Below, piece by piece: positions 42,383-55,662 of a DNA stretch of 64,000 nt (positions within the stretch are counted from its first letter, which is position 1; the number at the start of each line of letters is the position of its first letter). The stretch lies in contig JBBFLK010000002.1 in NCBI GenBank assembly GCA_037479115.1, positions 148,040 through 212,039 of the forward strand, given 5' to 3'. Both the position numbers and the translations under genes were made by a program. Origin of the DNA: Anaerohalosphaeraceae bacterium. GTDB lineage: Bacteria > Planctomycetota > Phycisphaerae > Sedimentisphaerales > Anaerohalosphaeraceae. The notes beneath the pieces were generated by a model. The model saw nothing but the letters and a program-made list of their open reading frames with translations. It did not search any database and was not told the DNA's origin.

Positions 42383-44797
42383 TCACGGCAGTGTGATAGA
42401 GGCACTTTCCTCGAAATCGGTCCATCGCAGCCCAAAGGAAACCTCGCCGTTTCTTGCCGTCAGGGTGGTATTTGAGATTCTTGCGGAATACAGACACCCC
42501 TGAAGGTCTATTCGCAGCCATACCCTGGCTCCTTCCGGGGTACGGACATTTGAACAGGAATAGACCATCCCCCTCCGGTCAGCCCGAAGCGAACCTGCCG
42601 GAAGAGTAAACGTCTGTTCCCCCCACTGGAGGACTACTGATTCATTCCGTAAGTTTCGACTGAGATCCTGAACCGCAATTTCTCCCCAAACCCTCAGAGA
42701 ATCTGTATCCGCTCTTCGGCCTATCTGAACCGCTGCCCGATTCATCCGCAGTTCATTCGCATACCCCCGCATGAGGCGGATAGGAATTCTCGCCGGTCCG
42801 TTGACAATCGATTCATCCGCCTGGCCCCGGAGCACATACGGACCGACCGTCATAGACAATTCCAGCGGACAGCCCAATCCGGTTAAATTCACATTCTGCG
42901 CTCGGAGCAAAAATCTCCGCTGTGCAAAGTTCAGCAGCAGCAGAGTAATCCTGCCCGGCTCTCCTTTACGGTAGCGCTCCGACCAGATAAACCGATTGCC
43001 GGTTGTGTCCCAGACATAATTGCAGTTCTCGGTGTAAATCACCGAATTGTCCCTCAGAGAACTGATTACCACCTCCACATGAGGAATCCCAAGCAGATCG
43101 GAGGGAACTCTCTCAAACGTGCCTGACATCTCTATTGTATCCTGCCCGGCTGTCGTTCCGGCCGTCACCTGACAGCGGCTGATCGTTAAGGCAATCTCCA
43201 AATCCTGCTCCCACCGCCAGCTTCTGTAAAGCCAGTTTTTGGCAAAACAGCCCATATACCCTTCTCCGTCCAGCAGATTCCAGTTCACATCAAACATCGG
43301 CGGCTGCCAATCATAGCTGGCCACCCAGGCAATATGACCGATTTCCAGATCCTCCACAAACTCCCGCAGAGGAGCGGCATAGGTCTCAATGGTCCCATTT
43401 AAAATTCCCGGGTCGCCTTCGATAAACCCCCATTCCCCCAAAATTACCGGAACTGCAGCAGATGCCCGGCTAATCGAATCTCGATAGTAAAGGGTATCCG
43501 ACAGCCAGTGATACGGGTAAATATGGACTGTATAGACTACATTTTCATCGCTCAGCGGGGACTCTGCCACAGGTCCGATAATCTGACACCATCGCGGCGT
43601 ACCGACAAACAACAGCGTCTCCGGTGCATAGGTTCGGATAACCTGAATCAATGTTTCCATATCCTCCTTGACACTCTGCCAGTTTTCCTCATCCGTGCCG
43701 ATATTGTTGATGGGCTCATTAAATAACTCATACATTACATTGGTATCATCCGCAAACCGCGGCGCCATGTACTCCCAGAATTCAATGGCCTGCGGAAGGG
43801 TGTCAAACGTGTTATTGATGTCATGCCAGTCCAGAATGACATACACCCCCTGCCGAATGCAAAAATCCACCACACTGCGAAGCAGCGTGTATAAGTCTTC
43901 ATTCTCCGGATCAAAAGGATAAGGCCAGCCCTGAACCAGATGCGGCGGAAAAATCGGAATGCGAATCACATTGGTTTTCCAGCCGACGCTGCCGCATCGC
44001 ATATCCTCCGGGTCCGTCAGCCGGCTGATCATCTGGACGGCACCGCCCTGCCAACTCTGCAAAAAACCAAGGTCGATTAAAGACACCCCGCGCAGCGTAA
44101 AGTCACCGCCTCCGACCTGTTTGATTCGGTTCCCCTCGGCATACAGCCGCGGCAGCGGAACCGGTGCATCCTCTGTTTCAACCCTGACGTTATCAATATA
44201 AAAATAACCTCCCTGTCCCTTTTCCACATTGCATTGAAGCGCCATCCGCAATTCATACACATCGTTGGTTCTCACGATATTCCCAAGCCGCCAGCTGACC
44301 CGCCAGGTTGCATCCCCCATCCAGGGCCCCCACCAGGCTACATTTCCATCATCAGTTCGCGGCGGCGCGGCTGCTCCGCTGAGAGAGGTTACAACCATTT
44401 GGTCACGGTCTATCTCCTGCCAGTTCCAGACTGACCTATCCATCAGGGCAATCTTGTTGATATTGCACCAGGTCTCGGGGGGCCACTCCGCTGCAATAAA
44501 TGTAATATCCATCGTGATGCGAGCAGCTCCGGCTAAATTCAATACCCCAATCCGCTCGAGTTTCCAGAACTCGCTCGGCCCGACAAGAACTGCCAGACTG
44601 CGGCTGCCGAGTGTGGCTCCGTTGGTACTGGTGCTTAAATCCTGTGTACCGGTCCAGGCACCGGTCCAGCCGTCTAATCCGCTTTCAAAATCGCCGAATA
44701 CCATCTCCTCTGCATCGACCTTACAAAGCAGAAAGAACCAAAGAAGCATCGCGGAACACACGGATAAAAATAAGTTCCTGCCAAAAGGACTTTTCAT
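42383..44797 (-). CDS. Multidomain secreted GH5 glycoside hydrolase (cellulase family) with N-terminal CBM-like and C-terminal beta-rich domains
   Basis: Signal peptide. VILDWHD, NVMYELFNEP (acid/base NEP), HIYPY, GEWGF (nucleophile). Confidence 0.82.
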   Translation of the reverse strand: MKSPFGRNLFLSVCSAMLLWFFLLCKVDAEEMVFGDFESGLDGWTGAWTGTQDLSTSTNGATLGSRSLAVLVGPSEFWKLERIGVLNLAGAARITMDITFIAAEWPPETWCNINKIALMDRSVWNWQEIDRDQMVVTSLSGAAAPPRTDDGNVAWWGPWMGDATWRVSWRLGNIVRTNDVYELRMALQCNVEKGQGGYFYIDNVRVETEDAPVPLPRLYAEGNRIKQVGGGDFTLRGVSLIDLGFLQSWQGGAVQMISRLTDPEDMRCGSVGWKTNVIRIPIFPPHLVQGWPYPFDPENEDLYTLLRSVVDFCIRQGVYVILDWHDINNTFDTLPQAIEFWEYMAPRFADDTNVMYELFNEPINNIGTDEENWQSVKEDMETLIQVIRTYAPETLLFVGTPRWCQIIGPVAESPLSDENVVYTVHIYPYHWLSDTLYYRDSISRASAAVPVILGEWGFIEGDPGILNGTIETYAAPLREFVEDLEIGHIAWVASYDWQPPMFDVNWNLLDGEGYMGCFAKNWLYRSWRWEQDLEIALTISRCQVTAGTTAGQDTIEMSGTFERVPSDLLGIPHVEVVISSLRDNSVIYTENCNYVWDTTGNRFIWSERYRKGEPGRITLLLLNFAQRRFLLRAQNVNLTGLGCPLELSMTVGPYVLRGQADESIVNGPARIPIRLMRGYANELRMNRAAVQIGRRADTDSLRVWGEIAVQDLSRNLRNESVVLQWGEQTFTLPAGSLRADRRGMVYSCSNVRTPEGARVWLRIDLQGCLYSARISNTTLTARNGEVSFGLRWTDFEESASITLP

Positions 44798-45021
44798 TTC
44801 TAAAACTCCCGCTCAACCCCCAACAACTCTGTTTCTTCCTGGCCTTTTTTATTCCTCCCTGCAGACTATTCCTAAAATCCTATCAGCATTTTCGGCACTC
44901 AACTTAATATCTAAGATTCCAATTTTTGGTTAGTTACATAAACAGAAAACCTGACCTGAATCCCCTGCAAATGCCGTCTAAATATGACAATATCTTATAC
45001 TGAATATCACCTTTTTTTATC

Positions 45022-45050
45022 TTGTATATTCCGACGTTTTCGGATACTTT
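45022..45050 (+). promoter_or_regulatory. Candidate carB promoter
   Basis: TTGTAT, 17 nt, TACTTT, about 48 nt upstream of the carB ATG, which has a GGAGAA SD. Confidence 0.3.
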
Positions 45051-45098
45051 ATCCGCCCAAACCAGAACATCTCACCCTTTTCTGCATGGAGAAAAAAG

Positions 45099-48302
<3,204 letters not shown>

Positions 48303-49079
48303 ATGCACCCGCTCCACCAAAAACGAGCCTTTATCTGCGACATGGACGGGGTTTTGTATCACGGAAGCCGCCTGCTGGCCGGCGCCAAAGAGTTTGTCCG
48401 CTGGCTCAAAGAGCAGGGCAAACAATACCTTTTCCTGACGAACTCTTCCTCGCGAACCCCGGAGGAATTAAGCCGAAAACTGGCGGGGATGGGCATCGAA
48501 GTCTCGCCGGAACACTTCATGACCAGCGGGATTGCCACAGCTTCTTTTCTGGCCTCTCAAAAACCCGGCGGCAGTGCCTATATCATCGGCGACAACGGTC
48601 TGCGGCAGCCTCTTCTTGAACAGGGCATTCGCCTCACGGAAGAGAATCCGGATTATGTCGTCGTCGGGGAAACTGCTGCCTACAATTACGCCCAGATTGA
48701 AAAAGCCGTCAATCTCGTCCTCGGCGGCGCCAAACTCATCGGCACAAACCCCGACATCAGCGGTCCTGTAGAAAGCGGCATAGCGCCGGCCTGCCGCGCT
48801 CTTATTGCTCCGATAGAAATCGCCTCCGGCCGACAGGCCTACTTCATCGGAAAACCCAACCCCCTGATTATGCGGCATTCGCTCAAACGGCTTGCCTGCC
48901 GGCGGGAGGAAACCGTCATCATCGGCGACCGAATGGACACCGACATCATCGCCGGTATCGAATCCGAAATCGACACCGTCCTGGTTCTCAGCGGCATCAC
49001 ACAGGAAAAAGATATCCCGAAATTCCCCTATCGGCCCGATTATATCCTCAGCGGTGTGGGGGATATTCCGCTTCTGTAA
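48303..49079 (+). CDS. HAD-IIA family phosphatase (NagD-like)
   Basis: FICDMDGVLYHG (DxDG motif), LTNSS, GDRMDTDI. The ATG directly abuts the carB stop. Confidence 0.82.
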   Translation: MHPLHQKRAFICDMDGVLYHGSRLLAGAKEFVRWLKEQGKQYLFLTNSSSRTPEELSRKLAGMGIEVSPEHFMTSGIATASFLASQKPGGSAYIIGDNGLRQPLLEQGIRLTEENPDYVVVGETAAYNYAQIEKAVNLVLGGAKLIGTNPDISGPVESGIAPACRALIAPIEIASGRQAYFIGKPNPLIMRHSLKRLACRREETVIIGDRMDTDIIAGIESEIDTVLVLSGITQEKDIPKFPYRPDYILSGVGDIPLL

Positions 49080-49143
49080 AGAAAGGTACAGGACATAAAC
49101 AGTCCATATTTCAGGAACTTCAAAAAAATTTTTTATTTTCCTC

Positions 49144-49172
49144 TTGAACCGATCTTCATCATTCGATATACT
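49144..49172 (+). promoter_or_regulatory. Candidate trp operon promoter
   Basis: TTGAAC (49144-49149), 17 nt, TATACT (49167-49172), preceded by an A/T tract (AAAAAAATTTTTTATTTT). The leader ATG follows 7 nt later. Confidence 0.5.
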
Positions 49173-49179
49173 TGTTTCT

Positions 49180-49233
49180 ATGAATAGTATCGCCTTGACA
49201 CAAAAGGAGTATTGGTGGCGGCCGCAGGCTTAG
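49180..49233 (+). CDS. trpL: Candidate trp leader peptide (17 aa, tandem Trp codons)
   Basis: ATG AAT AGT ATC GCC TTG ACA CAA AAG GAG TAT TGG TGG CGG CCG CAG GCT TAG = MNSIALTQKEYWWRPQA*. Too short for the ORF track. Confidence 0.6.
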   Translation: MNSIALTQKEYWWRPQA

Positions 49234-49280
49234 GCCCGCGGTCGGCAGGAATTCTGTTTCCGTTTCCCGAAACATCTCTT

Positions 49281-49312
49281 CGACCCGGCCTCAAACCGGG
49301 TCGTTTTTTATT
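49281..49312 (+). terminator. Attenuator terminator upstream of trpE
   Basis: 8-bp stem CGACCCGG (49281-88) / CCGGGTCG (49296-303), loop CCTCAAA, then TTTTTTATT. It lies 32 nt before the trpE ATG. Confidence 0.65.
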
Positions 49313-49344
49313 CCCGAAACCCGAAAAATAAGGAACTTGTACAA

Positions 49345-50976
49345 ATGACAGATTATAAAACCAGAATCGAACAGGCCAAACCCGGACAAATCATTCCAAT
49401 GGTCCGGGAAATTGAACTGTCCTGCCCGGTGGAATTCTTCGCCCGCCTGAGCGACTACGGCCGGGCCCGCCACTGCTGTCTGCTCGAATCCCGCGATTAT
49501 CTTTCGGAGGCCAAAGGCAACGAACTGACGTTCGGAACTGCCGACCCGGCTCTCTACCTGACCGGCCGGGAAGACCGATTCGAAATCCGGGCCCTCAGCC
49601 CGACCGGCAAACGGATGATTCAATACCTGGCCGAACGCCCGGAACGCTTTGCTTTTTGCAAAACCGTCCAATTTACTCCGGAGGCCGTAACCGGCACCAT
49701 TCAGCGGCTGTCGGGCAAAACCGATGAGCATACCCGCCTCAAAAGTGTCAGCCAGATGGATGTCATTCGGGCCGTGGCCTTCGCGTTCGAGCTGGCCAGC
49801 CCCCCCTTCCGCGTCACCTGCGGACTGCTCGGGGCAATCAGTTATGATTTTATCGACCAGTTTGAAACCCTGCCGCCCAATCAGAATGACCTGCTGAACA
49901 ACCCGGATTATGAGCTGTACTTCGCGGACAATATCTTTCTGATGGACCACCACCAGAGCAAAGGGTACCTGATTGTCAACGCCGTCATTACCAACGGCAA
50001 CCGTCAGGCCATCTATGAAGAGGCCATGGCCCGTTTTGATTCCTATCTGAAACAAATGCGGACAGACCGCCCCGAACCATCCTTCTACGATGGTCCGCTG
50101 CCTTCTCCCGCAACCGACACCCCCCAGCCGGAGTACGAACAGATGGTCCGCACCGCCAAAGAGCATATTCGCAACGGTGACATCTTTCAGGTGGTTTTAA
50201 GCCGGACTATTACGGAACCCTGCCCCGCCGAGCCGCTGGACGTTTATCGCCGACTCCGCCTGCTCAATCCCTCTCCGTATATGTTCTATCTGAATACCGG
50301 CACCACCTGCCTGATTGGGGCCAGCCCCGAGCTGAACCTCCGCGTGAGCGGCAAAAAAGACCGCATCGTGGAAATCCGCCCCATCGCCGGCACCAAACCC
50401 CGCGGCTGGGTGGACGGTGTCATCGACCCCGAAACTGACATGCGCTATGAAGCCGAACTCCAGCTGGACCACAAGGAGCTGGCCGAACACATGATGCTGG
50501 TGGACCTGGCCCGCAACGACATTGCCCGCGTTTCACAGCCCGGCAGCCGTCTGGTCAATGAACTGCTCACGGTCGAACGCTACGAATCCGTGATGCATCT
50601 GGTCAGCAACGTCAAAGGAAAACTGCGTCCGGATTTGGATGCCCTCAGCGCGTACCTGGCCACAATGAATATGGGCACCCTCACCGGCGCCCCGAAAATT
50701 GAGGCAATGAAAATCATCCGCCGGCTTGAAAAGAATAAACGCGGCTACTACGGCGGTGCTGTGATGTACCTGACCGTGGACGGCCAATTCGACAGCTGCA
50801 TCACGATTCGAAGTCTCCAGATTCGGGACCATACCGCCTACATCCGCGCCGGAGCCGGAATCGTCTATGACAGCATTCCGGCCGTCGAATTCGAAGAAAC
50901 CGAAAACAAGGCCAAATCCTGCCTGAAAGCCGTTCGACTGGCCTGTGCGCAAGCCGCCAAACAACTTCAGCCGTAA
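49345..50976 (+). CDS. trpE: Anthranilate synthase component I
   Basis: 543 aa. Chorismate-binding C-terminal region (GAPKIEAMKII..., YGGAVMY, AGAGIVYDS). Confidence 0.93.
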   Translation: MTDYKTRIEQAKPGQIIPMVREIELSCPVEFFARLSDYGRARHCCLLESRDYLSEAKGNELTFGTADPALYLTGREDRFEIRALSPTGKRMIQYLAERPERFAFCKTVQFTPEAVTGTIQRLSGKTDEHTRLKSVSQMDVIRAVAFAFELASPPFRVTCGLLGAISYDFIDQFETLPPNQNDLLNNPDYELYFADNIFLMDHHQSKGYLIVNAVITNGNRQAIYEEAMARFDSYLKQMRTDRPEPSFYDGPLPSPATDTPQPEYEQMVRTAKEHIRNGDIFQVVLSRTITEPCPAEPLDVYRRLRLLNPSPYMFYLNTGTTCLIGASPELNLRVSGKKDRIVEIRPIAGTKPRGWVDGVIDPETDMRYEAELQLDHKELAEHMMLVDLARNDIARVSQPGSRLVNELLTVERYESVMHLVSNVKGKLRPDLDALSAYLATMNMGTLTGAPKIEAMKIIRRLEKNKRGYYGGAVMYLTVDGQFDSCITIRSLQIRDHTAYIRAGAGIVYDSIPAVEFEETENKAKSCLKAVRLACAQAAKQLQP

Positions 50977-50985
50977 GGAGATGCC

Positions 50986-51588
50986 ATGGAACCCGTACGT
51001 GTCCTCTTTATCGACAACTTCGACTCGTTTACCTACAACCTCGTCGATGAGTTCGCCAAACGCAAATGCCCTACGCTGGTCTACCGGGCCGATACCCCCC
51101 TATCCCAGCTGGTCCGCGCCGCCGAACAGTTCCAGCCGGACCTGCTGGTCATTTCGCCCGGACCGGGGAACCCGTCCACTGCGGGCGTCACCCTCGAAGC
51201 CATCGACTATTTCCACAACAAACTGCCCATCTTCGGGGTCTGTCTGGGCCATCAGGCCATCGTGCAGTACTTCGGCGGCACCGTCAGCCATGCCCCCTGC
51301 GTCATGCACGGCAAGGCCTCTCGAATCACCCACAACGGCAAAGGGGCCTTCGAAAACCTCGAAAATCCGCTCCACGCCGGCCGCTACCACAGCCTGTGTG
51401 CCGTCACCCTGCCGGACTGTCTGGAAGAAACCGCCTCCTTTGAAGGGGTCGTCATGGGAATCCAGCACAAAACCCTGCCGATTTACGGCGTCCAGTTTCA
51501 CCCGGAAAGCATCCTGACTCCCGCCGGCGGAAAAGTCATCGAAAACATCCTCAAAATCGCCCTCAACAACAAAAAGAAACACCCATAA
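50986..51588 (+). CDS. trpG: Anthranilate synthase component II (glutamine amidotransferase)
   Basis: VLFIDNFDSFTYNLV, GVCLGHQAI (catalytic Cys), FHPES. Confidence 0.93.
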   Translation: MEPVRVLFIDNFDSFTYNLVDEFAKRKCPTLVYRADTPLSQLVRAAEQFQPDLLVISPGPGNPSTAGVTLEAIDYFHNKLPIFGVCLGHQAIVQYFGGTVSHAPCVMHGKASRITHNGKGAFENLENPLHAGRYHSLCAVTLPDCLEETASFEGVVMGIQHKTLPIYGVQFHPESILTPAGGKVIENILKIALNNKKKHP

Positions 51589-51601
51589 AAGGAGAGCCGT
51601 T

Positions 51602-52621
51602 ATGACCAAAATTACCGAGTATCTCGAAATCATCCTCGAAGGGCACGACCTGACCTTCGAACAGGCCAAGCAGCTGCTGGACACCATCTTCAAGGGCGAC
51701 GTGGCTGAGGTCCAAATCGCCGCCTTTTTGGCGGCCATGCGGGTCAAAAAGGCATCCGTCAGCGAACTGGCGGGGCTGGCCACTTCTCTTCGGGAACATG
51801 CTGTGCCCGTCCGGGTCGGCATCGACAATCTCGTGGACACCTGCGGAACCGGCGGGGCCGCCCTGAAAACCTTCAACATCTCCACCGCCGCCGCCTTTGT
51901 CGCCGCCGGAGCCGGGGTTTATGTCGCCAAACACGGCAACCGCGGCATCACCAGCATCTGCGGCTCCGCCGACGTTTTAAGCGCATTGGGCGTCAATATT
52001 GAAGCCGGTCCCGATACGGTCGCCGAGTGCATTCGCCAGGCGCATATCGGCTTCATGTTCGCTCCGAAATACCACCCCGCCATGAAGCACGTCCAGCCCG
52101 TCCGAAAGTCGCTGGATTTCCGCACCGCCTTTAACATCCTTGGCCCCCTGGCCAACCCCGCCCGTGCCCAGGCGCAGGTCATGGGCGTCGCCGATGTGTC
52201 CCTGATGCCTCGCATCGCCGAAACCCTCAAAACCCTCGGTCTGAAGCGGGCGATGGTCGTTCACAGCAACGGCCTGGATGAAATCAGCACCATGGGCCCC
52301 ACCCGAATTCTTCATCTGATGCCGGACGGCTCTGTTACCGAGGAAATCCTCGACGCCGAGCGCTTCGGCATCCCCAAAGCCGAATTTGACGCCCTGGCCG
52401 GCGGCGATGCCGACACCAACGCCCACATCATCCGCGAAATCCTTTACGAAAAAGCCCCCGGCCCCCGAAAAGATATTGTGGTCCTGAATGCCGCCGCCGC
52501 TATAATGGTAGCCGGCCTGGCCAAAGATTTCGTCGAAGGCATCGAACGCGCCGACCAGGCCATTCACAGCGGAAAGGCCGCCGAATGCCTCGAAAAACTC
52601 ATTGAACTGAGCAATCGCTGA
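51602..52621 (+). CDS. trpD: Anthranilate phosphoribosyltransferase
   Basis: DTCGTGGA, KHGNRGITS and full-length TrpD similarity. Confidence 0.93.
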   Translation: MTKITEYLEIILEGHDLTFEQAKQLLDTIFKGDVAEVQIAAFLAAMRVKKASVSELAGLATSLREHAVPVRVGIDNLVDTCGTGGAALKTFNISTAAAFVAAGAGVYVAKHGNRGITSICGSADVLSALGVNIEAGPDTVAECIRQAHIGFMFAPKYHPAMKHVQPVRKSLDFRTAFNILGPLANPARAQAQVMGVADVSLMPRIAETLKTLGLKRAMVVHSNGLDEISTMGPTRILHLMPDGSVTEEILDAERFGIPKAEFDALAGGDADTNAHIIREILYEKAPGPRKDIVVLNAAAAIMVAGLAKDFVEGIERADQAIHSGKAAECLEKLIELSNR

Positions 52622-52626
52622 CAGGT

Positions 52627-53265
52627 ATGATCTTTACAAAAATCAAAATCTGCGGAATCACAAACCTGGACGATGCCTTAACCGCCGTCGAACTCGGGGC
52701 GGACCTGCTCGGGTTCATTTTCTACCCCAAAAGCCCCCGATATATTGACCCCCAAAAGGCCAGGGATATCATCGCCAAAATCCCAACCTTTGTCGACACC
52801 GTGGCCGTTTTCGTCAATCCGACCTTCCAGCAGGTCCAGGAAACCGCCCAGCAGGGCTGGTTTAATTGGGTCCAGCTGCATGGGGACGAGACCCCCGATT
52901 TCTGCCGGTCGCTCCACTGGCTCAACATCAAGCTGATGAAGGCCGTCCGGGTCAAAGACCGCTCCGATATCGACAAAGCCCTGACCTATCCGACCGATGC
53001 GGTGCTCCTGGACACCTACACCGACGGACTGTACGGCGGAACCGGACAGACCTTCGACTGGTCCCTCATCGGTTATCCGCCCCGGCGCATCTTCCTGTCC
53101 GGCGGAATCGGCCCCCACAATATCCGTCAGGCCCTCGAAGTCGGAACCTACGGCATCGACGTCAACAGCGGTGTGGAAAGCGCCCCCGGCAAAAAAGACC
53201 CTGCAAAACTCAAACAGCTTTTTGACTCCATCAGCCGTATCCACGGCGGAAAGGTCCATATATGA
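52627..53265 (+). CDS. trpF: Phosphoribosylanthranilate isomerase
   Basis: [13 protein letters not shown]...[16 protein letters not shown]..., VQLHGDE. Confidence 0.9.
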   Translation: MIFTKIKICGITNLDDALTAVELGADLLGFIFYPKSPRYIDPQKARDIIAKIPTFVDTVAVFVNPTFQQVQETAQQGWFNWVQLHGDETPDFCRSLHWLNIKLMKAVRVKDRSDIDKALTYPTDAVLLDTYTDGLYGGTGQTFDWSLIGYPPRRIFLSGGIGPHNIRQALEVGTYGIDVNSGVESAPGKKDPAKLKQLFDSISRIHGGKVHI

Positions 53266-54449
53266 AATCCAAAGGACGATTCGGTCCCTTCGGCGGCTAT
53301 TATGTGCCGGAGGTGCTTATTCCGGCCCTCGAGGAAATTGAGGCCGCCTTTGAACAATTCCGGGAAGACCCGAACTTCCTGAAAGACTTAAACGCCCTCT
53401 ATACCGACTATGCAGGCCGGCCTACTCCCCTTTATCATGCCCGCCGATTCAGTGAAGAGGTCGGGTTTACAGTCTATCTGAAGCGGGAAGACCTTCTGCA
53501 CGGCGGCGCCCACAAAATCAACAACACCTTAGGACAGGGACTTCTGGCCCGCTATATGGGCAAAACCAAACTCATTGCCGAAACCGGCGCCGGCCAGCAC
53601 GGCCTGGCAACCGCCATCGTCGGAGCCCTCTTCGGAATGGAAACCAAAATCTTTATGGGCGCAACCGACGTCGCCCGCCAGAATGTCAACGTCCACAAAA
53701 TGAAACTTCTCGGCGCCGAAGTGATCCCTGTGGAAGGCGGCACCGGAACCCTCAAAGACGCCATCAACGAAGCCCTTCGATACTGGACAGCCCATGTCGA
53801 AGATACTTTTTATCTGTTTGGAACAGCCGGCGGGCCTCATCCCTACCCGACCATAGTCCGGCACTTCCAGGAACCCATCGGACGGGAGGCCCGGCAGCAA
53901 TGCCTCGAAAAAGCCGGCCGGCTCCCCGACCTTGTCACGGCCTGCGTCGGCGGCGGCTCCAACGCCATCGGCATTTTTTCGGGTTTCCTCAATGACCCGC
54001 AGGTCCAGCTGGTCGGCGTCGAAGGCGGCGGAAAAGGCCTCCACACCACCCAGCACTGCGCCACCCTCTGCACCGGCACGGTCGGCGTCCTGCACGGAGC
54101 CCGTACCTACCTGCTGCAGGATGAAAACGGACAGATTCGCGACACCGAATGCATCTCTGCCGGTCTGGACTACCCGGGCGTCGGGCCCGAACACGCCTAC
54201 CTGAAAGAAACCGGACGCGCCCGTTACGTGAGCGTCTGCGATGAGGAGGTTTTGGATACCTTTTTCCTGTTCTCCCGAATGGAAGGCATCCTGCCGGCCC
54301 TCGAAAGCACCCACGCCCTCGCCTGGCTCGTCCGGCAAAAAGGACTTCTCCCGCCGGATACCATCGCTATCGCCAACCTGTCCGGACGGGGCGACAAAGA
54401 CATCGATATCGTCGAACACCACAGACCCCTGACTGCGAGGTCCCTATGA
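53262..54449 (+). CDS. trpB: Tryptophan synthase beta chain
   Basis: [29 protein letters not shown] (PLP lysine), GGGSNAIG. Confidence 0.96.
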   Translation: MKSKGRFGPFGGYYVPEVLIPALEEIEAAFEQFREDPNFLKDLNALYTDYAGRPTPLYHARRFSEEVGFTVYLKREDLLHGGAHKINNTLGQGLLARYMGKTKLIAETGAGQHGLATAIVGALFGMETKIFMGATDVARQNVNVHKMKLLGAEVIPVEGGTGTLKDAINEALRYWTAHVEDTFYLFGTAGGPHPYPTIVRHFQEPIGREARQQCLEKAGRLPDLVTACVGGGSNAIGIFSGFLNDPQVQLVGVEGGGKGLHTTQHCATLCTGTVGVLHGARTYLLQDENGQIRDTECISAGLDYPGVGPEHAYLKETGRARYVSVCDEEVLDTFFLFSRMEGILPALESTHALAWLVRQKGLLPPDTIAIANLSGRGDKDIDIVEHHRPLTARSL

Positions 54450-55267
54450 ATCCCTATCAGAGTTGCTTTTCCAAACTGAACCGGGCGGCCCTGATTCCCT
54501 TCTTCGTCATCGGCGACCCCTCGTACGACATTTCTTTACAGCTGGTCAAGGCCGCTGTGGACGCCGGCGCCGACATTCTCGAACTGGGCATCCCCTTTTC
54601 CGACCCCGTAGCCGACGGCCCTACCATCCAAAAAGCCGACCTGCGGGCCCTGAAGGCAGGCATCACACCCGCCAAAGCCCTTCAATTTATCCGGGAAATT
54701 ACGGCCTATAAACCCATCCCCATCGGCCTGCTGGTCTATTACAACCTCCTCGTCCAGTACGGAACCGAACGGTTCCTGCAGGATTTTAAAAAAGCCGGCG
54801 GCACCAGTGTCCTCGTGGCGGATTTGTCCATCGACGATGCCGATGAAATCGCCATTCCGGCCAAAAAAGCCGGGCTGGAAACCGTCTTTATGGCTACCCC
54901 CAACACCCCCGACGAACGGCTCCGACGCATCGCCGAAAAAACCACAGGGTTTATCTACACAGTCTCTCTGCTGGGAACTACCGGGGAACGCCAGGCCCTT
55001 TCCAACGCCGTCCGCCCGCTGGTAGCCCGGCTGAAACGGCTGACGGACAAGCCCGTGTGTGTCGGGTTCGGCATCAGCACCCCTCAGCACGCCTGCGAGG
55101 TTGCCCGGGCAGGCGCAGACGGAGTAATTATCGGCAGCCGAATTGTGAAATTTATTGAAGAAGCCCCCGATAACCCGGAAAAAATGCGGGAGAATATTAC
55201 ACGGTTTCTTTCGGAGGTTCGAGCCGCCCTGCCCCCCAAAGGACCGACGGCAAAAACCGACGCCTAA
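54446..55267 (+). CDS. trpA: Tryptophan synthase alpha chain
   Basis: [34 protein letters not shown]. Confidence 0.93.
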   Translation: MNPYQSCFSKLNRAALIPFFVIGDPSYDISLQLVKAAVDAGADILELGIPFSDPVADGPTIQKADLRALKAGITPAKALQFIREITAYKPIPIGLLVYYNLLVQYGTERFLQDFKKAGGTSVLVADLSIDDADEIAIPAKKAGLETVFMATPNTPDERLRRIAEKTTGFIYTVSLLGTTGERQALSNAVRPLVARLKRLTDKPVCVGFGISTPQHACEVARAGADGVIIGSRIVKFIEEAPDNPEKMRENITRFLSEVRAALPPKGPTAKTDA

Positions 55268-55617
55268 ACTCCGGAGGGGACGGCCTTGTCGGCCTTGCGG
55301 AACGATTCCAGCGACTGCGGCTCGGCCACTTTCCTATAGCCGAGGGCCTTAATGACTTCCAGCACCTCCGTCCAGGTCGGGAACGGACGCTGGTTGGCCC
55401 GCTTATACTGGTCGATGGCCATCAGAAACTCGAACTGCTCATCCGTCATCTGGCCTTCTTCAGCCAACCGGCGTTCTTCCGTCCGGCGATGTCCCGGACC
55501 GCGCCGCCGGTCCCACCCGCTGCGGCGGTCCACAACATTCTTGCGGCGCTCCACAAAAGTCCGACGCTCCTGAACCGTTTCTTCCTGCGGATTGTTCTCG
55601 TTTATCTTTTCCGTCAT
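55264..55617 (-). CDS. Small Arg-rich protein, function unknown
   Basis: 117 aa. The N-terminal half is [33 protein letters not shown]. The C-terminal half, [35 protein letters not shown], looks like a small helical domain. Its 3' end overlaps the trpA stop by 4 nt (convergent). Confidence 0.6.
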   Translation of the reverse strand: MTEKINENNPQEETVQERRTFVERRKNVVDRRSGWDRRRGPGHRRTEERRLAEEGQMTDEQFEFLMAIDQYKRANQRPFPTWTEVLEVIKALGYRKVAEPQSLESFRKADKAVPSGV

Positions 55618-55662
55618 TTCATCACACCTGTAAAAAACTGTAGGTTACCGTTTCTTTGCCGC

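Noticed and set aside
44975-45015. Possible ArgR (ARG box) or PyrR site upstream of carB (TATGACAATATCTTATAC / ACTGAATATCA)
   Set aside because: It matches only about 12 of 18 positions of the ARG-box consensus as I recall it, in a generally AT-rich spacer. That is not distinguishable from chance by eye.
49264-49320. Direct repeat TTCCCGAAAC (49264-49273 and 49311-49320) flanking the attenuator terminator
   Set aside because: It could be a protein-binding site (each copy is near-palindromic, TTTC..GAAA). With only two 10-nt copies and no regulator context, I could not distinguish it from coincidence. It is noted here only for follow-up.
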